From: Planctomycetes bacterium GWF2_41_51
Lineage (GTDB): Bacteria > Planctomycetota > Phycisphaerae > Sedimentisphaerales > UBA12454
Direction: 5' to 3'
NCBI GenBank assembly: GCA_001825665.1
Contig: MHXZ01000018.1
Location: 972-64,971 of the forward strand
DNA: 64,000 nucleotides
The notes under the pieces are model-generated. The model saw nothing but the letters and a program-made list of their open reading frames with translations, was not told the DNA's origin and ran no database searches. Both the position numbers and the translations under genes were made by a program. Shown one piece after another: positions 16,055 to 25,392 of the stretch. Position 1 is the first letter of the stretch; every line of letters starts with the position of its first letter.

Positions 16055-18014
16055 TAAAGAAAATGATACGGCTGCCAGGTACAGGGAGATAGTGGTACTC
16101 AGTATCGTTCCCTGTATTGTTGGTGTTTTTATTTTAGTAAGCTGGACACTGGCTCATTGGAAAATAGGCCCAAATTTCCTGAATGCTGGTTTAGCCCTTT
16201 TGGCTATTCTGTTTGGCGGTTATCTTCGATTTGTCTCAGGCTTCAAAGATATTTTTAAACGTAAAATAACTGTAAATGTATTTGTTACGGTTGCTCTTAT
16301 TGCTACTATGGCTGTTGGAGAGTTCAGGGCGGCAGCAATCATTGTGTTTATTATGGCGGTAGCGGGGGCACTTGAGTCTTATACGCTGGACAAAACTCGC
16401 AGAAGCATAAGAAACCTGCTGGACCTTACACCCAAGACAGCAATGATACGTCGCGGAAATGATGAAGTTAATATCCCTGTCAGCGAAGTGCAGATTGATG
16501 ATGTTGCGGTTGTCAGACCCGGAGGTCGAATCCCTGTCGATGGAATCGTGATAACAGGACAAAGTTGTGTCAACCAGGCTCCCATTACAGGTGAGTCAAT
16601 TCCTGTCGAAAAGTTTAAAGGCAGCGAAGTATTCGGAGGAACTCTGAATGAGACAGGCAGACTTGAAGTTAAAACCACCAAGGTCGGCAATGATACTACA
16701 CTTGCCAGAATAGTTCATCTTGTGGAACAAGCGCAAGGGACAAAAGCTCCAATTCAAAATCTTGCAGACCGCTTTACAACATGGTTTTTGCCTGCGGTGC
16801 TGGTCTTGGCAATTATAGCTTTCTTCTTATCGGGTAATGTCAAGGTTGCTATATCAGTTCTTCTTGTTGCCTGTCCATGTGCTTTTGCAATTGCTACTCC
16901 AACGGCTGTTACTGCTGGTATATCTAATATGGCCCGACATGCAGTCCTTATTAAAGGCGGGATATTTCTGGAGCTTGCTCAAAAAATAGATGTGCTCCTT
17001 GTGGACAAGACAGGAACATTTACCTTTGGAAAACCAAAGGTCGTCGATGTGATTGCTTTTAACAATATGCCGGAAGAAGAGGTCTTGCGTTTAACCGCTA
17101 TAGCGGAGAAATATTCTGAACATCCATTAGCCAGGTCGGTTATGGCTCGTGCTAAAGAGTGCGGTATCGTTGTTCCTGACCCAGACGATTTCAATATCGA
17201 AGTTGGAATGGGAGTTACTGCAAAATTAGACAATATAGAAATTTTAATAGGCAATAACAAGTTTTTGAAAGACAAAGGTGTTTATGTTGCCGAGCATATC
17301 GAATATGCAGTTTCAAAGCAAACTGAACAAGGTAGAACAACCATTCTCGTAGCTAATGATAACAAACCAATTGGCTTGATTGCCATTGCTGACGAGATTC
17401 GCCCCCAAACTTCTCGTGCTATAGCATCTCTGAAAGCTATGGGCATTAAAAAAATCATAATGCTCACAGGAGATAATCAAAGAGTTGCGAAATCTGTAGC
17501 AAGAGAAATCGGAGTTGATGATTTTCAGGCCGAGCTTCTTCCGGAACAAAAATTACAATATGTGGAAAAATTACAAAAACAGGGAAAAGTTGTCGGAATG
17601 ATTGGTGATGGTATAAATGATGCTCCTGCATTAGCATTAGCTGATGTTGGTATTGCGATGGGTGCAGCCGGAACCGATGTGGCTGTTGAAACAGCCGATG
17701 TAACTTTGATGAATGATGATTTATCGCAAGTAGTAAATTTTATGCATATGTCAAAGAAAGTTTTGTCACGCATTAAACTTAATATCTTCTTTTCCATGTT
17801 CTATAATGTAATCGGTTTTACTCTTGCTGGTTTTGGGCTGCTCACGCCCATAGTAGCGGTTCTTTTTCAGGAGGCCGGTTGTATTACGGTAGTATTCAGT
17901 TCAACATTGCTATTGTGGGCAAAAACAAAATCATCGATAAAAAACGATAATATTTCAGGCATTGGCCGAACTATTGAAAATACTGCGAATGATAATGTCT
18001 CACAATGTGCATAA
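16047..18014 (+). CDS. P1B-type heavy-metal-translocating ATPase (CPC), without an N-terminal HMA domain
   Basis: CPC in a TM helix (VACPCAFAIATP), DKTGT, TGDN and GDGINDAPAL motifs. The ATG at 16047 is preferred to the GTG at 15972, and the protein starts directly with TM helices. Confidence 0.85.
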   Translation: MNDKENDTAARYREIVVLSIVPCIVGVFILVSWTLAHWKIGPNFLNAGLALLAILFGGYLRFVSGFKDIFKRKITVNVFVTVALIATMAVGEFRAAAIIVFIMAVAGALESYTLDKTRRSIRNLLDLTPKTAMIRRGNDEVNIPVSEVQIDDVAVVRPGGRIPVDGIVITGQSCVNQAPITGESIPVEKFKGSEVFGGTLNETGRLEVKTTKVGNDTTLARIVHLVEQAQGTKAPIQNLADRFTTWFLPAVLVLAIIAFFLSGNVKVAISVLLVACPCAFAIATPTAVTAGISNMARHAVLIKGGIFLELAQKIDVLLVDKTGTFTFGKPKVVDVIAFNNMPEEEVLRLTAIAEKYSEHPLARSVMARAKECGIVVPDPDDFNIEVGMGVTAKLDNIEILIGNNKFLKDKGVYVAEHIEYAVSKQTEQGRTTILVANDNKPIGLIAIADEIRPQTSRAIASLKAMGIKKIIMLTGDNQRVAKSVAREIGVDDFQAELLPEQKLQYVEKLQKQGKVVGMIGDGINDAPALALADVGIAMGAAGTDVAVETADVTLMNDDLSQVVNFMHMSKKVLSRIKLNIFFSMFYNVIGFTLAGFGLLTPIVAVLFQEAGCITVVFSSTLLLWAKTKSSIKNDNISGIGRTIENTANDNVSQCA

Positions 18015-18047
18015 CGTTTAAACAATAAAATAGTGAAAGGAAAATAT

Positions 18048-18734
18048 ATGGCAGAAAATCAATCAGAATGTGGGCCGGGATGTAATTGCGGTAAGCCTTC
18101 GGGAAGCAAAAAACTAAAAATCACAATTTGTATTATTGTGTTGTTAGCGGTAAGCAGTATTTTTGCTTACAAGACAAAGAACGGAAAACAAACCGCACCA
18201 GTTAATACGGCAACTGCATTTGCTGTTCCTATTGTAAAAGAAGTAAATGAGCAGAATTCCGTAGCCTCTATTATCGATAAGCGCGAATCGACAATCAAAG
18301 CGGTAGAGGAAAATAAAAAAGTGGGTGAGTTTCTGGATTCACTATCTGCTCTCGACAAGGTAGCTATAAACCAGGACTCTGTATTTGTCTTTATTCCTGC
18401 TAAGGGAAATGAAACGATTAGTAAGGAAATTATGGCTGCAATTACGTCCGCAGAACAAAAAATAAAATCAAAAGGGGCAAGTCTTGGCTTATATACCATG
18501 CAATCCAGTTCACCGGAATATGCCAATATCGCCGCTCAATTGCCTCCACCATCAATACTGGTTATGAGTAAAGGTCGTGGTATGGGAGCGGTGTCAGGAG
18601 GAATAACAGAAGAGAAAATTTTGCAGGCATACGTTGCTTCGTCTCAAGCAGGTGGCTGTGGCCCATCAGGTTGCGGGCCGTCTTCTTCAGGTTGTGCTCC
18701 TACAGCACCTATTGGTCCTGTAAGGACAAGGTAA
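18048..18734 (+). CDS. Hypothetical membrane-anchored protein with Cys-rich termini
   Basis: N-terminal CGPGCNCG, one TM helix, and C-terminal GGCGPSGCGPSSSGC. Confidence 0.45.
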   Translation: MAENQSECGPGCNCGKPSGSKKLKITICIIVLLAVSSIFAYKTKNGKQTAPVNTATAFAVPIVKEVNEQNSVASIIDKRESTIKAVEENKKVGEFLDSLSALDKVAINQDSVFVFIPAKGNETISKEIMAAITSAEQKIKSKGASLGLYTMQSSSPEYANIAAQLPPPSILVMSKGRGMGAVSGGITEEKILQAYVASSQAGGCGPSGCGPSSSGCAPTAPIGPVRTR

Positions 18735-18750
18735 AGAAGGAAACTTTATA

Positions 18751-19446
18751 ATGCTCGAATCTGTTACTGATACATTGCAGCAAGTTGCATCGCAGCCTTT
18801 GGGGTTAGTATTTGCCTTAATTCTGGGAACCGTAAGTGCCGCAACCAGTGCCTGCTGCACGTTACCGGCATTGGGAATACTGGTTGGCTATTCCGGCACA
18901 CAGGCAAATGATAGCAGAAAGGCAGCAATAAAAACCGCTTTGCTCTTCACAATGGGAACGATTATCTCCCTTATGATTATTGGAGGAATCGCCGGGTTCG
19001 TTGGTCAGGTTGCTCAAAATACTTTGGGGCGATATTGGAAAGTCTTTGCCGGTATAGTTGCGGTCTTTCTCGGTCTGGCGGCCTTGAACCTTCTGCCTTT
19101 TAAGCTTTCATTCGGCAAGTTCGATGGTATTAAAAGCAAAATAGGAAAATCGGGAATTATATTAACCGGTCTTATACTCGGCGGCATTGTTGCTGTCAGT
19201 TCTCTGCCTTGTAATCCCGGTATTTTTATTGTTATTGGTGCGGCGATTTTGCAGGGTAAAGTCTTCTGGGCGACACTTATGCTGGCGATGTTTGCCATTG
19301 GTTTCAGCCTGCCGCTGGGAGCGGTGCTGCTCGGAATTTCGCTGAGCAAAGTCAGCCTTGCTGCCAGAGGCGCCGATTTTGCGTTTCGCTGGATATCAGG
19401 GGCAGTCCTTGTCGTTGCGGGATTTTATTTTCTCGTAACATTTTAA
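18751..19446 (+). CDS. CcdA/DsbD-family membrane protein (second, divergent copy)
   Basis: Six TM helices with Cys motifs SACCTLPA and SLPCNPG. Confidence 0.65.
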   Translation: MLESVTDTLQQVASQPLGLVFALILGTVSAATSACCTLPALGILVGYSGTQANDSRKAAIKTALLFTMGTIISLMIIGGIAGFVGQVAQNTLGRYWKVFAGIVAVFLGLAALNLLPFKLSFGKFDGIKSKIGKSGIILTGLILGGIVAVSSLPCNPGIFIVIGAAILQGKVFWATLMLAMFAIGFSLPLGAVLLGISLSKVSLAARGADFAFRWISGAVLVVAGFYFLVTF

Positions 19447-19455
19447 AAAGGTCTT

Positions 19456-19550
19456 TATGGATTGGAATAAAAAGAATTGATGCATTTCATGAAAACCATT
19501 GTGTACTTGTCCTTGCGGCAGGCTTGTATATGATTTATACTGCTGTTTAA
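19456..19550 (+). pseudogene. Relic of a ccdA 3' end
   Basis: 19503-19550 matches the last 48 nt of ccdA (14621-14668) at 44 of 48 positions, including the stop. The upstream part (YMDWNKKN* versus YMNWNEKSKG) is degraded by a stop and a frameshift. Confidence 0.75.
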
Positions 19551-19585
19551 AGTTGTGTAACAATTTAATTTGAAAAAGAATTACA

Positions 19586-19906
19586 ATGAAGATAGGGATA
19601 ATTATTTCAACCAACGACAATGAAACATCATGGAACGCATTTAGATATGCAAACTTTGCTCTTGGCCAAAAAGATGAGGTCAAAATATTTTTGGCGGGAA
19701 AAGGAGTCGAGTATCAGTCTTTTAGCACGGAAAAATTCAATACTGTCCAGCAGGCTGAAAAATTTCTTCAGGCAGGCGGCAAAATACTCGCCTGTGGAAC
19801 CTGTATCAAATCCCGCAATCAGCAAGATTCAGAAATGTGCCCGATTAGCACGATGAAGGATATGTACGAGATTATAAAAGAAAGCGATAAAGTCGTAACT
19901 TTCTAA
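19586..19906 (+). CDS. DsrE/DsrF-like family protein
   Basis: Small Rossmann-like protein: KIGIIISTND...FLAGKGV...ILACGTC. Confidence 0.55.
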   Translation: MKIGIIISTNDNETSWNAFRYANFALGQKDEVKIFLAGKGVEYQSFSTEKFNTVQQAEKFLQAGGKILACGTCIKSRNQQDSEMCPISTMKDMYEIIKESDKVVTF

Positions 19907-19992
19907 TATCCGCGGCCTTCTTCAAAAAATTATTTTGGCAGTTAAAGGTAATGAACAATTGCAGGAATGCTCGGTCTTATCACAAAAATTGA

Positions 19993-21117
19993 ATGAGTAA
20001 AATAACTGAAATAGCAAAATTGTTTCTTAAGCTTGGTACGATTGCTTTCGGCGGGCCTGCTGCGCATATTGCCATGATGCATAATGAAACTGTCGAAAAA
20101 CGAAAATGGCTCGATGACCAGCAGTTTCTCGATTTAATCGGCGCAACAAATCTTATCCCCGGCCCCAATTCTACTGAAATGGCTATTCACATTGGCTTTT
20201 TGCGTGCTGGTTGGCGAGGATTAATTGTAGGCGGCTTATGTTTCGCTGCCCCGGCGATAGTAATTGTTCTTTTTCTCGCATGGCTTTATTCTCTCTATGG
20301 CACTTTGCCGTCAGTCCAATGGCTTTTATATGGTGTAAAGCCGGTGGTGATAGCGATAATCTTGCAGGCGCTTTGGCAATTAGGCAGAAAGGCAATTAAA
20401 GATACACTTACCGCGACGATGGCGTTAATTGTTTTTGTCCTCTACTTTATGAATGTAAATGAAATTTTTCTTTTGTTTGCCGGCGGATTTATCGTGATGC
20501 TGGTCAAAAATATCCGTCAATTACAAAAAAGCACTAAATGTATATCTTTAGTTCCGCTTGGCGGCATCGGTATTTTATCGCAGACCATTAATTTTAATCT
20601 CCCGATGTTATTTTTTATTTTTCTAAAGATTGGAGCTGTATGGTACGGAAGCGGTTATGTGCTTCTTGCTTTTCTGCGCAGTGATTTTGTTGAACGTCTG
20701 GGCTGGCTTACAGATCAGCAATTGCTCGATGCTATCGCGATTGGTCAGGTAACGCCGGGACCTTTGTTTACAACCGCAACATTTATTGGTTTTCTTCTGG
20801 GCGGTTTTAAAGGTGCTGTGCTTGCGACTCTTGGAATTTTTCTGCCTTCATTTATTTTTGTCGCGATTTCCAATCCTTTAATTCCTCGCTTGCGCAAATC
20901 ACCATGGGCTGGGGCTTTATTGGATGGCATCAATGCCGCCGCACTAAGTCTCATGGCCGCGGTAACTTGGCAATTAGGCACTGATTCTTTAATTAATATT
21001 TATGCAATCTTGATTTTTGTAATTTCATTTATTTTGCTTATTCGTTTCAAAATTAATTCTACATGGTTAATAGCGGCCGGAGCTTTAATCGGACTTCTAA
21101 ATGCTGCCTTTCATTGA
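19993..21117 (+). CDS. chrA: Chromate transporter, CHR family (two-domain)
   Basis: FGGPAAHIAMM and GQVTPGPLFTTATFIG motifs appear in the two halves. Confidence 0.8.
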   Translation: MSKITEIAKLFLKLGTIAFGGPAAHIAMMHNETVEKRKWLDDQQFLDLIGATNLIPGPNSTEMAIHIGFLRAGWRGLIVGGLCFAAPAIVIVLFLAWLYSLYGTLPSVQWLLYGVKPVVIAIILQALWQLGRKAIKDTLTATMALIVFVLYFMNVNEIFLLFAGGFIVMLVKNIRQLQKSTKCISLVPLGGIGILSQTINFNLPMLFFIFLKIGAVWYGSGYVLLAFLRSDFVERLGWLTDQQLLDAIAIGQVTPGPLFTTATFIGFLLGGFKGAVLATLGIFLPSFIFVAISNPLIPRLRKSPWAGALLDGINAAALSLMAAVTWQLGTDSLINIYAILIFVISFILLIRFKINSTWLIAAGALIGLLNAAFH

Positions 21118-21181
21118 AATTATTGTTTAGTCCTTGCCTGTAGATTTTGTTTGATTAATATAATGCTTGATTTCCATAAGG

Positions 21182-21565
21182 ATGTTTATGTTGCAGAAAT
21201 TATTTTATCTTGCTCTGGCCGGAGCCGCGGGTACACTCGCCCGTTATTGGCTAAGCGGTCTGGTTCAGAAAAACATTACATTTAATTTTCCTCTCGGCAC
21301 TGCCGCTGTAAACATATTCGGCTGTCTGATGTTCGGCCTTGTATGGGCGATTCTTGAAAACAGATTTTCACTCGGCGGGCAGACTCGCATAATTATCTTT
21401 GTCGGTTTTTTCGGCGCATTTACCACTTTTTCGTCATTTGCATTTGAATCATCGCAGATGCTCGACGACTCACAATGGCTTTGGACCTCAGTCAATATAA
21501 TTACGCAAAATATACTCGGGCTTATTGGTATGGTAACCGGTCTGGCAATCGGCAAATATATTTAG
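21182..21565 (+). CDS. crcB: Fluoride ion channel CrcB/FluC
   Basis: GTLARYW and GFFGAFTTFSSF motifs with four TM helices. The start is ambiguous (21167 TTG, 21182 or 21188 ATG). Confidence 0.8.
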   Translation: MFMLQKLFYLALAGAAGTLARYWLSGLVQKNITFNFPLGTAAVNIFGCLMFGLVWAILENRFSLGGQTRIIIFVGFFGAFTTFSSFAFESSQMLDDSQWLWTSVNIITQNILGLIGMVTGLAIGKYI

Positions 21566-22114
21566 AATCGACCTGACCTTATGCTATAAAAAAAGACCCC
21601 TAACTGCTTATATTTTGCCCTCAAAACTGCTATCTTTTTCGTCTATTTTAGTCAAAATTCTAACAAATTTTTGCTATTTTGGTGTTATTTTGTTAAATTT
21701 TTTAGTTTTTGTCCCAAGCTCTTATTACTAAAGTATTTATAACTGCCCACTTTTCAAAAATAGTTCATAACTCCTTTGTTTACGTGGAAAATGGTGATCA
21801 GAATTTCAGCTCAAAATTCCAACGTAAATAAAAGACTTACAGTTGAACCAATCAACAACAATCAACTAATTACAAACGAACATTCTTGTTATTTAATTAG
21901 TATTTGTTATTATGTTTCTTGAGTCGGTTAGCCGTGTTTTTATAACACGTTGGAGCAGGGAGGCACGCATTCCGATTTAAAGCTATCTTCTTTTTTTGCC
22001 GATAGTTATAATATTCTTTTAATTCAAAAACATTGCTTTCGGCGAAAATTGTGTTGCCTATCGGCGCAGCCGACAGGGACGGAGTCTAATTAATAGGATT
22101 TTTTTAGGCATTAT

Positions 22115-23089
22115 TTGGATAAAACAGCAATAGTTACAGGGGGAGCGGGATTCATCGGTTCACATTTATGCGAACTCCTTCTGTCCAAAAGCCATAAAGT
22201 CATTGTAGTAGATGACTTAAGCACAGGCAGACTGTCAAATATCGAGCACCTCTTTTCAAGCACAAATTTCAAATTCATCCAGGGCAGCGTCTGTGATGAA
22301 GATATAATGAGAGATGTAATTGCTGATGGAGACTATGTTTATCATCTTGCGGCCGCTGTCGGGGTTAATTTAATTGTCGAAAAGCCCGTTCACACCATTG
22401 AAACAAATATCCACGGTACGGAGGTCGTTCTTTCCGCTGCAAATCAATTCGATAAGAGAGTCTTAATTGCTTCTACCAGCGAGGTTTACGGCAAAAACGA
22501 ACAGGTGCCTTTCCATGAAGATGACGATACCGTTTTAGGCAGTACCAAATTCAGCCGATGGTCTTATGCCTGCAGCAAAGCGATAGATGAATTTTTAGCT
22601 CTCGCGTATCATCGTCAATATAACCTAAGTGTAGTATTAGTAAGGCTTTTCAACACAATCGGCCCTCGCCAGACCGGCAGATATGGAATGGTCGTTCCGC
22701 GTTTTGTTGAATGGGCTTTAAATAATGAGCCTCTCATGATTTACGGTTCTGGAAAGCAATCCAGAAGCTTTACTTGTGTAACAGATGTAATCACCGCAAT
22801 GACAGCTTTGATGAATAACGAAAAAGCCAATGGCGAAGTTTATAACATCGGTTCCAAAGAAGAAATAACGATAGAAGCCCTTGCTGACAAAGTAATTACG
22901 AAAATTGGTAGTAAGAGCATGAAGAAATATATTCCCTATTCTGAAGCTTACGGACAGGGTTTTGATGATATGCAGCGTCGTCTTCCGTGCCTGAAAAAAA
23001 TCAATCAGGCGATTGGTTATCAGCCCAAAGTCAATTTAGACCAGATGCTTGACCAGATTATTGCTGACAAAAGAGTAAATCATGAGTAA
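22115..23089 (+). CDS. NAD-dependent sugar-nucleotide epimerase/dehydratase (UDP-glucuronate decarboxylase-like SDR)
   Basis: TGGAGFIGSHL, an extended SDR with YxxxK (YACSK). TTG start. Confidence 0.7.
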   Translation: MDKTAIVTGGAGFIGSHLCELLLSKSHKVIVVDDLSTGRLSNIEHLFSSTNFKFIQGSVCDEDIMRDVIADGDYVYHLAAAVGVNLIVEKPVHTIETNIHGTEVVLSAANQFDKRVLIASTSEVYGKNEQVPFHEDDDTVLGSTKFSRWSYACSKAIDEFLALAYHRQYNLSVVLVRLFNTIGPRQTGRYGMVVPRFVEWALNNEPLMIYGSGKQSRSFTCVTDVITAMTALMNNEKANGEVYNIGSKEEITIEALADKVITKIGSKSMKKYIPYSEAYGQGFDDMQRRLPCLKKINQAIGYQPKVNLDQMLDQIIADKRVNHE

Positions 23090-23120
23090 AATATTGGTTT
23101 TATTTAAGGATTACTAAAGG

Positions 23121-24059
23121 ATGGCCTTATCATTAGTTACAGGTGGAGCAGGTTTTATCGGCAGCAATATGGTTCGCTTTCTGCTCGATAAAGGGCAAAA
23201 TGTCAGAGTGCTTGATAATTTCGAAACCGGCAAACGTGAAAATCTTGCCGAAATCTCTGACAGCATTGAAGTTATAGAGGGCGACATCCGCGATTTATCT
23301 GTTGTTCAGCGTGCGGTTAAAGGCGCCGAAGTCATATATCATTTAGCGGCCTTAGGTTCTGTGCCGCGTTCAATGAAAGATCCCGCCACAACGCACGATG
23401 TAAACGTAAATGGCACTTTTAACGTACTTCTTGCCGCTCGGGATGCGAATGTCAAAAGAATCGTATTTGCTTCCAGTTCCTCAGTTTATGGCCAAAGTCC
23501 GGTTCTTCCTCAGCACGAAGATTTACCCCTCGCTCCTATCAGTCCCTATGGCGCGACAAAAGCGATTGGCGAAATTTATTTCAGGTCATTTTACGCAACT
23601 TATGGCCTGCAATCAGTTTGTCTCCGCTATTATAATGTTTTTGGCCCTCGGCAAGACCCCACAAGCCAATATGCCGCCGCGATACCGCTTTTTGTCTCAG
23701 CGCTTATGCGAGATAAATCGCCAAATATATTTGACGATGGCGAGCAATCCCGCGGTTTTACATATATCGAAAATGTAATGCAGGCGAACTGGCTGGCCGC
23801 AAATGCAAAAGAAACTCACGGCGAAGCGGCAAACATTTCCACAAGCAACGCCGTTACCGTAAATACTGTTGTACAAACGATTAGCAAACTTCTTGGCAAA
23901 GAGAATATCAAGCCTGTTTACTTACCCCCAAGACGGGGCGATATTAAACATTCGCTTGCGGATGTAAAAAAAGCCAAAGAATTAATCGGCTATGAACCTT
24001 TCGTCAGTTTCGAACAGGGAATAGCCAAAGCGATAGACTGGTACAAAGAGAATCTATAA
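23121..24059 (+). CDS. NAD-dependent sugar-nucleotide 4-epimerase (WbpP/TviC-like)
   Basis: TGGAGFIGSN..LDNFETGKRENL and YGATK. Confidence 0.7.
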   Translation: MALSLVTGGAGFIGSNMVRFLLDKGQNVRVLDNFETGKRENLAEISDSIEVIEGDIRDLSVVQRAVKGAEVIYHLAALGSVPRSMKDPATTHDVNVNGTFNVLLAARDANVKRIVFASSSSVYGQSPVLPQHEDLPLAPISPYGATKAIGEIYFRSFYATYGLQSVCLRYYNVFGPRQDPTSQYAAAIPLFVSALMRDKSPNIFDDGEQSRGFTYIENVMQANWLAANAKETHGEAANISTSNAVTVNTVVQTISKLLGKENIKPVYLPPRRGDIKHSLADVKKAKELIGYEPFVSFEQGIAKAIDWYKENL

Positions 24060-24077
24060 TTTTAAAGGGTTAACTAT

Positions 24078-25382
24078 ATGGCAGAGAAGAATTTAGGCAG
24101 TAAAGCACCTTATGTAGGTATCGTGGGAATGGGTTATGTTGGTTTACCTCTTGCGAGAGAATTTGTTCAGCGCGGAGCGAAAGTAATTGGCTTCGATATT
24201 AATGAAAAAAGCGTTAAAAAAATTAATTCCGGCCTAAGTCCTTTGAAACACATACCTTCAGAAGATATCAAAAACATGGTTAAAAGCGGCAGGTTTCATA
24301 CCACTTCAGATATGACATTGATGAAAAAGCCGGACGCTCTGATTATTTGCGTTCCAACTCCTTTAACTGAAAATCGTGAGCCGGACATGACTTACATTGT
24401 TGTTACCTGCGAAACGATTGCAAAATATCTTCGTAAAGAGCAGCTCGTTGTTCTTGAAAGCACGACATATCCCGGAACGACAAGGGAAGTAATGAAGCCT
24501 ATACTTGAAAAAAGCGGCTTAAAAGCGGGTAAAGATTTTTACCTCGCGTTCTCGCCCGAAAGAGAAGACCCCGGCAATAAGAGTTTCAGAACTGCCACAA
24601 TTCCAAAGGTGGTAGGAGGTTACGATAAAAAGAGCCTGCAAGTCGCGTTAGATATTTACAAGTACGCGATCGATAAAACTGTTCCGGTTTCTTCATGTGA
24701 TGTCGCAGAATCGGCGAAAATTCTTGAAAACACATACCGCTGTGTAAATATCGCAATGGTAAATGAGTTAAAACAGCTTTTCGACCGCATGGGAATCGAT
24801 GTTTGGGAAGTAATCGAAGCGGCCGGCACAAAACCCTTCGGTTTTCAGAAATTTTATCCCGGCCCCGGTCTCGGCGGCCACTGCATTCCAATTGACCCGT
24901 TCTATTTGACTTGGCGAGCAAGGCAATTTGGTATGCCGACGAAATTTATTGAACTTGCCGGCGAAATTAACACATCTATGCCGCATTATGTTGTTCATAG
25001 AACGCTCGAAGCGATGAATGATAGAAAAAAGAGCCTCAAAGGTTCAAAAGTTCTTGTTCTTGGTCTTGCATATAAGAAGGATATCGATGATGTTCGCGAA
25101 TCACCTTCACTTGAGCTTATCGAACTTTTGAGAGATAAAGGCGCTTTGGTCGATTACAATGACCCCTTTATTAAAGAAACGCATAAACAGCGCAAGTATA
25201 ATTTAAAGATGAAGAGCAAGCCGCTAAGTGCTGCGATGATAAAGAAATACGATGCTGTGGTGATATCAACTGACCATAGCTGTTACGACTATAACTGGAT
25301 TGTGAAGAATTCAAAACTGGTTGTCGATAGCCGCAACGCAACAGCAAAAGTGAAAAACAGGAAGAAAATAGTAAAAGCATAA
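24078..25382 (+). CDS. Nucleotide-sugar 6-dehydrogenase (UDP-GlcNAc/ManNAc dehydrogenase-like)
   Basis: GMGYVGLPLA Rossmann motif and GGHCIPIDP catalytic Cys motif. Confidence 0.8.
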   Translation: MAEKNLGSKAPYVGIVGMGYVGLPLAREFVQRGAKVIGFDINEKSVKKINSGLSPLKHIPSEDIKNMVKSGRFHTTSDMTLMKKPDALIICVPTPLTENREPDMTYIVVTCETIAKYLRKEQLVVLESTTYPGTTREVMKPILEKSGLKAGKDFYLAFSPEREDPGNKSFRTATIPKVVGGYDKKSLQVALDIYKYAIDKTVPVSSCDVAESAKILENTYRCVNIAMVNELKQLFDRMGIDVWEVIEAAGTKPFGFQKFYPGPGLGGHCIPIDPFYLTWRARQFGMPTKFIELAGEINTSMPHYVVHRTLEAMNDRKKSLKGSKVLVLGLAYKKDIDDVRESPSLELIELLRDKGALVDYNDPFIKETHKQRKYNLKMKSKPLSAAMIKKYDAVVISTDHSCYDYNWIVKNSKLVVDSRNATAKVKNRKKIVKA

Positions 25383-25392
25383 AGGATTTTTA

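Noticed and set aside
21118-21181. Fluoride (crcB-motif) riboswitch expected upstream of crcB.
   Set aside because: The 64-nt gap is AT-rich and lacks the conserved pseudoknot and stem elements of the crcB motif as far as I can see. crcB probably reads through from chrA or uses a simple promoter.
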